Origin: Phyllobacteriaceae bacterium
Lineage (GTDB): Bacteria > Pseudomonadota > Alphaproteobacteria > Rhizobiales > Rhizobiaceae
Direction of reading: 5' to 3'
DNA length: 63,941 bases
NCBI GenBank assembly: GCA_029279965.1
Contig: JAJUHJ010000001.1
Span: 1-63,941, forward strand
Shown here: piece after piece, positions 56,185 to 63,941 of the stretch
Layout: each line of letters begins with the position of its first letter
How positions within the stretch are numbered: position 1 is the first letter of the stretch
The notes under the pieces: generated by a model
Database searches by the model: none
Seen by the model: only the letters and a program-made list of their open reading frames with translations
What the model was told of the DNA's origin: nothing
Program-made: the position numbers and the translations under genes

Positions 56185-57915
56185 TCACTGGTAGGAAACC
56201 AGCAGAGCCTCGCCCTGATCGCCAAAATCCGGTTCGACTCCGAGCACCGGGGCTGTGCGGCGAATGATATTGGCCACGGTGGGTGCAGTATTCATGCCTG
56301 CTGTGGCGTAATATTGCCCTTCCTCCGGCTTTGGCTCGTCCAGAATGACCAGAACCAGATATTGGGGATCGTCCGAAGGATATCCGGCGACGAAGGCGTT
56401 GAAACGCTTCTCGTTCGAATAGCGTCCATTGACCACCTTTTCCGCGGTCCCGGTCTTGCCTCCGACCCTGTAGCCTTCCACCGCGGCCCGGTTTCCAGAC
56501 CCTCTCTGGTCGGCAACGTTAAGACGGAAGAGATAGCGCATCTGGGCGCTGGTTTCCGGCGAGATCACCTGCTCGGCAACGGCTGCCGCCTCGGCTTCGC
56601 TGCGCGCCAGAAACGTCGGCTGGATCAGCTTTCCGCCATTGAGCATCGCAGCAGCGGCCATTGCCGTTTGCAACGGAGTGGTGGCCATGCCGTGACCGTA
56701 GGAAATGGTGATGGAGTTGAGCTTCTTCCACTCCTTCGGCTCGGTTGGCACGGCCACTTCGGGCAGTTCCGTTTCCATACGATCCAGAAGACCGATACGC
56801 TTGATGAAATCCCGGTGGCCCTCGATACCGATCAGGTCGGCCATCTTTGCGGTGCCGATATTCGAGGAATAGATGAAGATTTCCGGCACGGTGAGAATGC
56901 GGCGCTTGCCATGAAAATCGTTGATCGTGAAGCGACCGAAGCGCAGGGGCTTTCGTGCATCGAAACTGTCGTTGAGATCAACGAGACCGGAATCGAGCGC
57001 CATTGCGGTGGTGAAGAGCTTGAAGGTGGAGCCCATCTCGTAGACGCCGGCCGACATACGGTTCAGGCGGTCTTTGTCCAGCGCATTGTATGGATTGTTG
57101 GGATCATAGTCCGGAAGCGAAGCCATCGCCACGACTTCGCCCGTGCGCATGTCGAAAATGACGCCGCCCGCCGCAATCGCACGGTAACGTTCCATGGCCT
57201 GGGTCAGTTCATCGTGCAGAATGTACTGGGCGCTCAAATCAATGGACAGACGGACAGGCTCGAGCGTGTCCGGGCCTGCCAGGCCCAGTGCCTGCAGATC
57301 CGCCAGCCCCTGACTGTCCACGTATTTCTCCATTCCCGCGATACCCTTGTTGTCGATATCGACGAGCCCGAGAATGTGAGAGGCGGTAGAACCGCCCGGA
57401 TAGAAGCGGCGCGTTTCGGAGCGAAATCCGAGACCGGGAATGCCCAGGGCCAGAATCTTGCTTTGCTGGCGCGGCGAAAGCTGCCGGCGCAGCCAGACAA
57501 AGCCGGCATCGCTGTCGAGGCGGCGGTAGGTGTCTTCGTAGTTGAGATCCGGCAAGACGGTCTGCAGCTTCTCGATGACTTCGTCGATATAGACGATGTG
57601 CCGGGGCTCGGCATAAAGAGATGCCGTCTTGATGTCGGTGGCCAACACCTCACCGTTGCGGTCGACGATATCGGGCCGAGAGGCTGTAGGTCGGCTCTGC
57701 GGCAAGGCCGCATGCACCTCTTCCGCCATGCCAAGATGCACCAGCCGAACACCGATCGCCGCATAGAAGGCGAACAGGGCGGCCATGGCCATGATCACCC
57801 TGCCCTGTGAACGTCCCCCGCCCGCCTTGTGCCGGCCGTCCATAACAATGGGGGACGTGCCGTTTTCGCGCGCTCCGCCGCGGCGGCCCAGCCTGGAAAG
57901 CCCCGGTATCCTCAT
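56185..57915 (-). CDS. ftsI: Peptidoglycan D,D-transpeptidase FtsI (PBP3)
   Basis: TM, dimerisation domain, STFK, SSN, KTGTA. Confidence 0.95.
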   Translation of the reverse strand: MRIPGLSRLGRRGGARENGTSPIVMDGRHKAGGGRSQGRVIMAMAALFAFYAAIGVRLVHLGMAEEVHAALPQSRPTASRPDIVDRNGEVLATDIKTASLYAEPRHIVYIDEVIEKLQTVLPDLNYEDTYRRLDSDAGFVWLRRQLSPRQQSKILALGIPGLGFRSETRRFYPGGSTASHILGLVDIDNKGIAGMEKYVDSQGLADLQALGLAGPDTLEPVRLSIDLSAQYILHDELTQAMERYRAIAAGGVIFDMRTGEVVAMASLPDYDPNNPYNALDKDRLNRMSAGVYEMGSTFKLFTTAMALDSGLVDLNDSFDARKPLRFGRFTINDFHGKRRILTVPEIFIYSSNIGTAKMADLIGIEGHRDFIKRIGLLDRMETELPEVAVPTEPKEWKKLNSITISYGHGMATTPLQTAMAAAAMLNGGKLIQPTFLARSEAEAAAVAEQVISPETSAQMRYLFRLNVADQRGSGNRAAVEGYRVGGKTGTAEKVVNGRYSNEKRFNAFVAGYPSDDPQYLVLVILDEPKPEEGQYYATAGMNTAPTVANIIRRTAPVLGVEPDFGDQGEALLVSYQ

Positions 57916-58289
57916 GGACGTACGCCTCCCGTCACGATGGGATCCTGCGCGCCCGGGATATCTCCGCCGCGCGCGATAAGCTCCTCAACGGTGACGCTAC
58001 GGTGCGGGATCTTCGCAAGAGCCTCCGGCGCGACGATCTGTTCCGGTTTCACCAGGCTCAGGCCAAGATCGGAGTGATAGATCTTGGCTAGCTTTTCCAG
58101 GCGGCCAGGCTGTGTCAGCAGGCTCCAATCGGCCTTCAGAACGTCGATTGTGTCCTTCTCCAGTTCGATGCGCGTTTCCAGCCTGTCGATACCGTTCATC
58201 ACCGCCTGCGCATCGTGTTTGGTCTTGTAGGTGAAGGCCGCCGCCGAGAGCATTGCTGCGATCAGGATCACATCGCTGGTACGAAACAT
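57912..58289 (-). CDS. ftsL: Cell division protein FtsL-like
   Basis: Short TM plus coiled coil, LKADWSLL. Sits between rsmH and ftsI. Confidence 0.85.
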   Translation of the reverse strand: MFRTSDVILIAAMLSAAAFTYKTKHDAQAVMNGIDRLETRIELEKDTIDVLKADWSLLTQPGRLEKLAKIYHSDLGLSLVKPEQIVAPEALAKIPHRSVTVEELIARGGDIPGAQDPIVTGGVRP

Positions 58290-58292
58290 ATC

Positions 58293-59306
58293 TTATCTCC
58301 CGCCGAGTTGTTCGGCCACGAACAGCGCCGGAACGCCCATCATCTTGAAATCTTCCGCTCCCGCCGGAGCGCCTGTGCGTCGCGCCGCGCGCAAACGCGC
58401 AGAGCGTGCGCGTGGATTGTCTGCCGTCTCAGCTTCGCTCGGCGTCACGGATTTGAAAGGCTTGTCGAAGGCCGGCTTCGCCGCCTCCCTTTCAGGCAGA
58501 TGCCGGGAGCGCCCTTCGGACCCGGACCGGGCGGCAAGGAAGCGCTTGACGATCCGATCCTCAAGGGAATGGAACGTGACCACGGCAAGCACACCGCCCG
58601 GCTTGAGGATACGCTCAGCGGCAAACAACGCCCGGGCCAGCTCCCCCAGCTCGTCATTGACGAAAATCCTGAGCGCCTGAAAGACCCGCGTTGCGGGATG
58701 GATCGTATCCTTCGGCTTGCGTGGAATGATGGCCTCGATGTGCCCGGCAAGATCTGCGGTCGTCTCAAAGGGGCGCTCTCCGCGACGCCGCTCGATCGCG
58801 CGCGCGATCTTGCCGGCATGACGCTCTTCGCCGAGAAGCCCGAAAAGACGGGCAAGATCGCCGGCCTTGAAGCGGTTGACCACGTCTGCCGCGCTGATCC
58901 CATTGCGTCCCATGCGCATGTCGAGCGGCCCCTGCCGCCGGAAGGAAAAGCCGCGCTCGGCCTGGTCGAGCTGCATGGAGGAGACGCCGATATCGAGAAC
59001 GACACCGTCCACCTTTTCGCCGGCAATCCTTTCCATCTCCGAAAATCGCCCCAGCTCCAGCCGCAACCGGCCGCCAAAACGCTCCACCATCGCATGGCCC
59101 GCAGCGATCGCATCGGGATCGCGATCGATGGCGATGACGTCGGCGCCACCGTCAAGAAGCGCCCGCGTATAGCCGCCGGCGCCGAAGGTGCCATCGATAA
59201 TGCGCTTTCCGGCCGGCTCGAGAACGGCAAGAACGGCATCGAGAAGCACCGGAATGTGGCGGACCGGCCCGCCACTGGCACCGCTTGCGCCAGGGCCCGC
59301 CATCAT
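58293..59306 (-). CDS. rsmH: 16S rRNA m4C1402 methyltransferase
   Basis: [44 protein letters not shown]. Start at 59306. Confidence 0.97.
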   Translation of the reverse strand: MMAGPGASGASGGPVRHIPVLLDAVLAVLEPAGKRIIDGTFGAGGYTRALLDGGADVIAIDRDPDAIAAGHAMVERFGGRLRLELGRFSEMERIAGEKVDGVVLDIGVSSMQLDQAERGFSFRRQGPLDMRMGRNGISAADVVNRFKAGDLARLFGLLGEERHAGKIARAIERRRGERPFETTADLAGHIEAIIPRKPKDTIHPATRVFQALRIFVNDELGELARALFAAERILKPGGVLAVVTFHSLEDRIVKRFLAARSGSEGRSRHLPEREAAKPAFDKPFKSVTPSEAETADNPRARSARLRAARRTGAPAGAEDFKMMGVPALFVAEQLGGR

Positions 59307-59773
59307 TCGGCTCCCGCCGCCAGCCGGTCCTGCGCGGCCTGCTGACGAAGCTTGCGGAGCCTTGCCCGCACTTGCTCGCCATGAGCCCGCAGCCGTTCCG
59401 GCTCCCACATCTGGAAAAAGAGGCCCCGCCCCACAAAGGCGACCTCCGATGCTATTCCGGTGTGCTCGCGAATGAAATCGCTCACCGTAATGCGACCGTC
59501 CTGATCCAGCTTCAGAAAACTGCCGTCCCCGTGAACGAAGAAGGACATGTCGTCCGCCGTCTGCAGGAAGGGGTCCTCCACGGCGATCCGCTCCTCGTAG
59601 CGGTCGAGCAGGTCCGGGCCGCCTACATCCATTGCGGGAATGTCGAGAGCCCGCAGAGCATAAAGGTCGGTAAAGCCACGCCTCTGCACGACAGAACGGA
59701 AATGAGCGGGCACGGAGACCCGTCCCTTTGCATCGATCCTGTTGACCGCACTGGATAAAAAACGGTCCATCAC
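59303..59773 (-). CDS. mraZ: dcw cluster transcriptional regulator MraZ
   Basis: Two DxKGR/DQDGR AbrB-like motifs. First gene of the dcw cluster. Confidence 0.95.
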   Translation of the reverse strand: MMDRFLSSAVNRIDAKGRVSVPAHFRSVVQRRGFTDLYALRALDIPAMDVGGPDLLDRYEERIAVEDPFLQTADDMSFFVHGDGSFLKLDQDGRITVSDFIREHTGIASEVAFVGRGLFFQMWEPERLRAHGEQVRARLRKLRQQAAQDRLAAGAE

Positions 59774-59940
59774 ACCATACGGCGGTTATCGACGCCCTGC
59801 CCCTCTGCATTACTCAAACCGCTGAACGCGGCTCCTCGACAGCTCACCAGCATCGACGAGCGACAGCGCCTGCCGCGCGCGTCGAATTACAGGCGAGACG
59901 ACCTATGAACACTCTGCTGAAACATCCCTAACTTGGTTAA

Positions 59941-59976
59941 ACGGGATATCATGGGAGCTTATGGGCGTCAACGGGA
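59941..59976 (+). promoter_or_regulatory. Putative MraZ operator: four (T/C)GGGN repeats at 10-nt period
   Basis: ACGGGA-TATC-ATGGGA-GCTT-ATGGGC-GTCA-ACGGGA, overlapping a minus-strand TTGACG -35 element. Confidence 0.7.
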
Positions 59977-60127
59977 ATGATTTCCACTTACCCACGAAAA
60001 CCGCCGGATTCGCTGCTTTTCGTACGTTTGTGTTGACGTGTGCTTAAGCGGGCGCAAAGGCTCGGAACGCCCTGCAGATGCATCAAATCCGCAAGGGGAA
60101 TGTTCGCAGCGATGGTCAGGAAAAAAT

Positions 60128-60595
60128 GCCAGCCGGCCTGTAAGCCGGGTTCTGTATGGCCGCGCCGCTTTTGCGACGCAACGTGACGGCCATTCCTCTG
60201 GGACCGATGTCGCCATCGGCCTCGTGCAACCTACCCGAACGGCGGACCGGAAATAAGTCCTTGAAGGGTTGCCCTCCGCGCCGTTCCTATTTGGTCTTGC
60301 TCCCGGTGGGGTTTGCCGTGCCGCTTCTGTTGCCAGAAGCGCGGTGGGCTTTTACCCCACCCTTTCACCCTTACCCCGCCAATATTTCGGCTCGCGCCGG
60401 ATCCTCTCCGAAATGTTGAGCCGAAATACAGGCGGGGCGGTCTGCTTTCTGTGGCACTTTCCCTGGGGTCTCCCCCGCCGGGCGTTACCCGGCACCGTAT
60501 TTCCGTGGAGCCCGGACTTTCCTCTCCGCCTCGCATCGAACCTCCGCCTTGGCGGTGTCCGAATACGGCGCGGAGCGGCCGTCCGGCCGACTGGC
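60128..60595 (-). ncRNA. rnpB: RNase P RNA, bacterial class A
   Basis: GAGGAAAGTCCGGGCTC, GGAAAGTGCCACAGAAA, GGTAAAAGCCCACC, CAGAACCCGGCTTA. P1 GCCAGTCGGCC/GGCCGGCTGGC followed by a U tract. Confidence 0.97.
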
Positions 60596-60638
60596 ACTGC
60601 GTATAAAGGGATTCTTGCGGCAAAAGGCAAGCCTGTGC

Positions 60639-61187
60639 TTACTGCGCCACCAGCAGCCGCTTTACCTTGGCGCAATAGGCTGCCGAAGTCGGGTTCATAC
60701 GCTTGGCGCCATGACCGGCGTTGTATTTCAAAATCGTCCCGCAAAGCTCGCCGCCACCGAGCCGGAACGCCTCGCCGAGATATTTCATGCCGAATTTGAT
60801 GTTGTTCTCGGGCTCGTAGAGCGCCTTCGTCGAGCCTTCATAACCCATCCCCCGTGCAGTCGCCGGTTTGATCTGCATCAGGCCAACCTCGCCCGCCCGA
60901 CCACGCGCGGTGGGGCGATAATTGCTTTCCATTCGGATCACGGCGTGCGCCAGCGGAACGGGCACGCCGTAGTGTTCCGCATAGCGGGAAACGATGGCAT
61001 GGAAGGGAGGATCTTCCACCTCCGTCTTCGTCGCTGTCGGCTCGTCCTGTTCCACGAAGGGAAAGAGCGCCGCCAGGAGGGTTTTCGGCGCGGACTCATC
61101 GGATTTCTCGGGAACATCGTGTGCGTGTGAGGCAATCGTCATTGCTCCGGCAGCAAAAGCCGCCATGACGAGGACACTGATCTTCAT
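60639..61187 (-). CDS. Lytic transglycosylase (SLT domain), exported
   Basis: Signal peptide, AVIRMESNY, GLMQIKPATA, KYNAG. Confidence 0.92.
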   Translation of the reverse strand: MKISVLVMAAFAAGAMTIASHAHDVPEKSDESAPKTLLAALFPFVEQDEPTATKTEVEDPPFHAIVSRYAEHYGVPVPLAHAVIRMESNYRPTARGRAGEVGLMQIKPATARGMGYEGSTKALYEPENNIKFGMKYLGEAFRLGGGELCGTILKYNAGHGAKRMNPTSAAYCAKVKRLLVAQ

Positions 61188-61276
61188 TCCGTAACACTCT
61201 CTTGCCGTCGCGCGGACGCACGGCGTGCATAGTCAAACCAACACTGGATGGGGACCCGGCCTTGCGGAGCCGCCAT
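61184..61276 (-). CDS. Candidate 30-aa uORF coupled to the SLT gene
   Basis: MAAPQGRVPIQCWFDYARRASARRQESVTE. Its TGA (61186-61184) overlaps the SLT ATG (ATGA). Weak RBS. Confidence 0.35.
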   Translation of the reverse strand: MAAPQGRVPIQCWFDYARRASARRQESVTE

Positions 61277-61365
61277 TCCGCTCGCGCACGCTGTTGACGG
61301 TTGAGGATGAGGTAAAAATGGCCACGTCGATCATAAAAAATGACCGCGTGAAACTTAGCGACAGA

Positions 61366-62121
61366 TCACGCAGTCAGACCGGCAAGCAGACGGGCCAGCG
61401 TCTGGCGGGTAGAAGCATCGGCGATTCCGTCCACGCGCGCAGGCCGAAAATGGCGCTGAAACGCGCTGACGACCGCTTCGGTGGAAATGTCGAACAAGCC
61501 AGTGGGTTCAATCGGATAACCATACCGCGCCAGCATGGCTTGCAGCGCTTCAACCTCGTCTCCCTCAGCGCCGCGCGCAAGCGCCGCTCCTTCCGCGGAT
61601 TCAACGGGCTCTACGAAGTGTCCTATGCCTTCGCGGGCCAAAATGGCCCACGGAAACTTTTCGCCCGGATCGACCTTGCGGCCTAGCGCTGTATCGGAGT
61701 GCGCCAGCACCCTTTGCGGCAGGATTCTGTAGCGCCGGACAATATCCCGGCAAAGTGCGATCACTTCAGCAATCTGCCAGGCGGGGAAATGCGGATAACC
61801 GAACGCGTGCCCCTTATTGACGATCTCGATCCCGATCGAGAACGAGTTGACATCTTCCACCCCTTGCCACGAACCTTTGCCCGCGTGCCAGGCGCGCGCT
61901 GCCTCGGGCACCATTTGCACGATGCGCCCGTCCTCATGGACGATATAATGCGCCGACACCTCGCTTGTCGGATTGCATAACCAGTCTTCGGCTGCCTGAC
62001 CGGTCTCCATGCCGGTGTAATGAAGAACAATGGCGTCCGGCTTCATGCCGCCGCGGCGCGGACCGAAATTCGGCGAAGGGCGCACCAGTGCCTTCTCATA
62101 GTCGGCGGAGAACGCGCTCAT
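61366..62121 (-). CDS. N-acetylmuramoyl-L-alanine amidase (Amidase_2 plus PG-binding domain, AmpD/AmiD-like)
   Basis: SPNF, VLHYT, SAHY, AWHAG, SIGIE, HSD, KVDPG, AFQRHFRP. Confidence 0.93.
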   Translation of the reverse strand: MSAFSADYEKALVRPSPNFGPRRGGMKPDAIVLHYTGMETGQAAEDWLCNPTSEVSAHYIVHEDGRIVQMVPEAARAWHAGKGSWQGVEDVNSFSIGIEIVNKGHAFGYPHFPAWQIAEVIALCRDIVRRYRILPQRVLAHSDTALGRKVDPGEKFPWAILAREGIGHFVEPVESAEGAALARGAEGDEVEALQAMLARYGYPIEPTGLFDISTEAVVSAFQRHFRPARVDGIADASTRQTLARLLAGLTA

Positions 62122-62828
62122 GCCGGCAGGCGGGCCCTTTCAATTTCATCAAAGGCCGCATTCAACGCCGCAACCCGTGTGTTGGCAACGGCCAGAAATT
62201 CTTGCGGCACGCCGCGCGCCATCAGGCGGTCGGGGTGGCTTTCCGCCCCCAGCCGCCGATAGCTGCGCTTGATGTCTTCGAAAGGCATGTGCGGGGTAAC
62301 CCCCAACACCAGATACGGGTCCGCTTGTCCCGATGACACGTGCCGTGCGTGAATCCGCGCGAAATGGCTGTCGCTGATGGAAAAGATCTCCGCTACTCGA
62401 GCCAGCAAGGCGGATTCGCGCTCATGCAGAACACCATCGGCTTTGGCGATGTGGAAGAGTGCGTCGAGAATGTCTTCCAGCATGGGGCAATTGGCCTTGC
62501 CGCTGCCGCACAGGCCCGCCATTTGCTCCGCATATGCCTCGAAGCCCGCCACATCCTGCTTGGCCAGATTGTAGAGCCGCGAAACGTTGCGCAACTCTTT
62601 GCGGGGCACCGAAAAAATTTCATGGAAAGCGCGCACTTCGTCGGGCGTGACGACCCCGTCGGCCTTTGCCATCTTCGCCGACAGAGCGATGATCGCGACG
62701 GAGAATGCGACGCGCCTGCGCAGTTCCGGATCGCCCTGAAAGGTCGTGCGGATCGCCTCCACAAGCGCCGACAAGGCGTTTCCGGAGGTGCGTCTTAAAA
62801 GGTCGGCGATGCGAACAAGAACAGTCAT
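62118..62828 (-). CDS. djlA: DjlA-like co-chaperone (TerB-like plus C-terminal J domain)
   Basis: AKMAKADG, IAKADG, DPYLVLG, HPD motif. Confidence 0.88.
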   Translation of the reverse strand: MTVLVRIADLLRRTSGNALSALVEAIRTTFQGDPELRRRVAFSVAIIALSAKMAKADGVVTPDEVRAFHEIFSVPRKELRNVSRLYNLAKQDVAGFEAYAEQMAGLCGSGKANCPMLEDILDALFHIAKADGVLHERESALLARVAEIFSISDSHFARIHARHVSSGQADPYLVLGVTPHMPFEDIKRSYRRLGAESHPDRLMARGVPQEFLAVANTRVAALNAAFDEIERARLPA

Positions 62829-63053
62829 GCCGCATTTTTAAAACGGTTCGATGACGATTTCGAGGCCTGTCGTTCGCTAGGGCGTCTACCGCGTAGAAAA
62901 TTCACCCTGCGGGCTCATCGGAAAACGCGGAAGAGGCCGGCACTTTCTGCCAGCCTTTCCGCGTCGTTCCGTGGATGCGCCACAGTTGAGCCGGGGGATT
63001 TCAACCTTTCGGTCGCAAGCTGTTCTGAACCATCCCGGCTGCTTTTCGCGGCG

Positions 63054-63266
63054 TTATTGAGCCATGCCACCGTCGAGATCGGCACCACCGCCAAGGTCGC
63101 CACCGCCGCCTGCAGCACCGCCGCCTGCACCACCATCAACCGGGGCTTCCTGCTGCATGGGGTCGTTCTGATCGATGCCCTGCGTCGTCGTGTCATCCGT
63201 GTCGCCACATGCGGCAAGGCCCAGAAGAGCAAAGCCGGACACAAGACCGGTCAAAAGCTTTCTCAT
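63054..63266 (-). CDS. Small acidic Gly-rich lipoprotein (70 aa)
   Basis: MRK plus hydrophobic stretch plus lipobox LAAC. RBS AAGGAG. Confidence 0.75.
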   Translation of the reverse strand: MRKLLTGLVSGFALLGLAACGDTDDTTTQGIDQNDPMQQEAPVDGGAGGGAAGGGGDLGGGADLDGGMAQ

Positions 63267-63429
63267 TTCGCGTCTCCTTGTTGTTACGTCCCGTACCGGG
63301 CGCCGAAGCGGAAATGCATTGTTCCATCCGTGGTTTCCTCACATTGGGTGACGTTTCGTCACAATTCGGGCTGTCCGTCACCACCGCGTTTCGTATATGC
63401 GTTGGATGTCCGGTAGGGTTGGAGGTTGC

Positions 63430-63941
63430 ATGTCTTCGGGCAAATGGGATTTCTGGATTGATCGCGGCGGCACGTTCACCGATGTGATCGGGCGTGATCC
63501 CGCGGGCGGCCTGCATCAGCGAAAGCTCCTGTCGGAGAACCCGGAAGCCTACCGGGACGCCGGCCTTCAGGGCATCCGCGATCTTCTGGGCATCACAATC
63601 GATGAGCCCATACCCTCCGGTCGCATCGGCGAGGTGAAGATGGGCACCACCGTTGCCACCAATGCGTTGCTGGAGCGTCGCGGTGAACGTGTGGTCCTGC
63701 TCATCACGAAAGGTTTTCGCGACGCCCTGAAGGTCGCCTATCAGGCCCGCCCGGACATTTTTGCCAAAAACATCATTCTTCCGGAGCAGCTTTACGAGCG
63801 TGTGATCGAAGTGCCGGAGCGGGTTCGCGTGGATGGCACAACTGAAACCGAGCTCGATCTTGCCGCCGTCCGGCCGGAACTCGAGGCAGCCAGGAAAGAC
63901 GGCATAGAGGCTGCTGCCATCGTCTTCATGCACGCCTGGAA
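63430..63941 (+). CDS. Hydantoinase/5-oxoprolinase family protein (partial, runs off window end)
   Basis: Not in ORF track. GGAGG then [18 protein letters not shown]...KLLSENP...[13 protein letters not shown]. Confidence 0.92.
   Translation, partial: MSSGKWDFWIDRGGTFTDVIGRDPAGGLHQRKLLSENPEAYRDAGLQGIRDLLGITIDEPIPSGRIGEVKMGTTVATNALLERRGERVVLLITKGFRDALKVAYQARPDIFAKNIILPEQLYERVIEVPERVRVDGTTETELDLAAVRPELEAARKDGIEAAAIVFMHAW

Noticed and set aside
51549-57810. Long plus-strand ORFs (703, 449, 577 aa) across the dcw cluster
   Set aside because: Antisense shadows of murD/mraY, murE and ftsI.
61211-61228. Short match to the RIME-like repeat (CGCCGTGCGTCC on the minus strand)
   Set aside because: About 12 bp only in a GC-rich genome; not distinguishable from chance.
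63310-63340. Possible EcfG/RpoE2 promoter upstream of the small lipoprotein
   Set aside because: GGAAC is present but lacks a correctly spaced -10. The alternative GAAAC-N16-CATT is too degenerate to call.

Overview
A GC-rich core-chromosome segment from an alphaproteobacterium of the Rhizobiales. Gene order and protein style suggest Phyllobacteriaceae (Mesorhizobium/Chelativorans/Nitratireductor-like), which is an inference. Order along the window: 5' end of dnaE, a RecD/Dda-like helicase, a secreted GH9 glucanase, ilvIH with a leader-peptide attenuator, a HerA-like ATPase, an SDR, a GGDEF cyclase, miaA/serB, degP-hflCK, folA-thyA, permuted two-piece tmRNA, an AAA_28 ATPase, sspB-DUF4169-RHH, asmA, uvrD, SCO, prmA, aminopeptidase P, azlCD, ligA-recN-bamD-lpxC, the complete dcw cluster (ftsZ to mraZ), rnpB, an SLT, an amidase, djlA, and the start of a hydantoinase/oxoprolinase. 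I saw no prophage, IS, integrase, tRNA or CRISPR array, and no large, clearly new system. The most interesting signals are small. They include unannotated leader and small ORFs (an ILVV attenuator peptide, a 30-aa uORF coupled to the SLT gene, a 55-aa DUF1127-like protein, and a 66-aa ORF behind a perfect CtrA box). A RIME/MITE-like repeat supplies the stop codons of prmA and ftsZ. UvrD carries an in-frame insertion containing a palindrome. There is an orphan coiled-coil/winged-helix protein. Two uncharacterised small proteins are translationally coupled to sspB next to tmRNA. All family assignments come from motif recognition by eye; no database searches were run.
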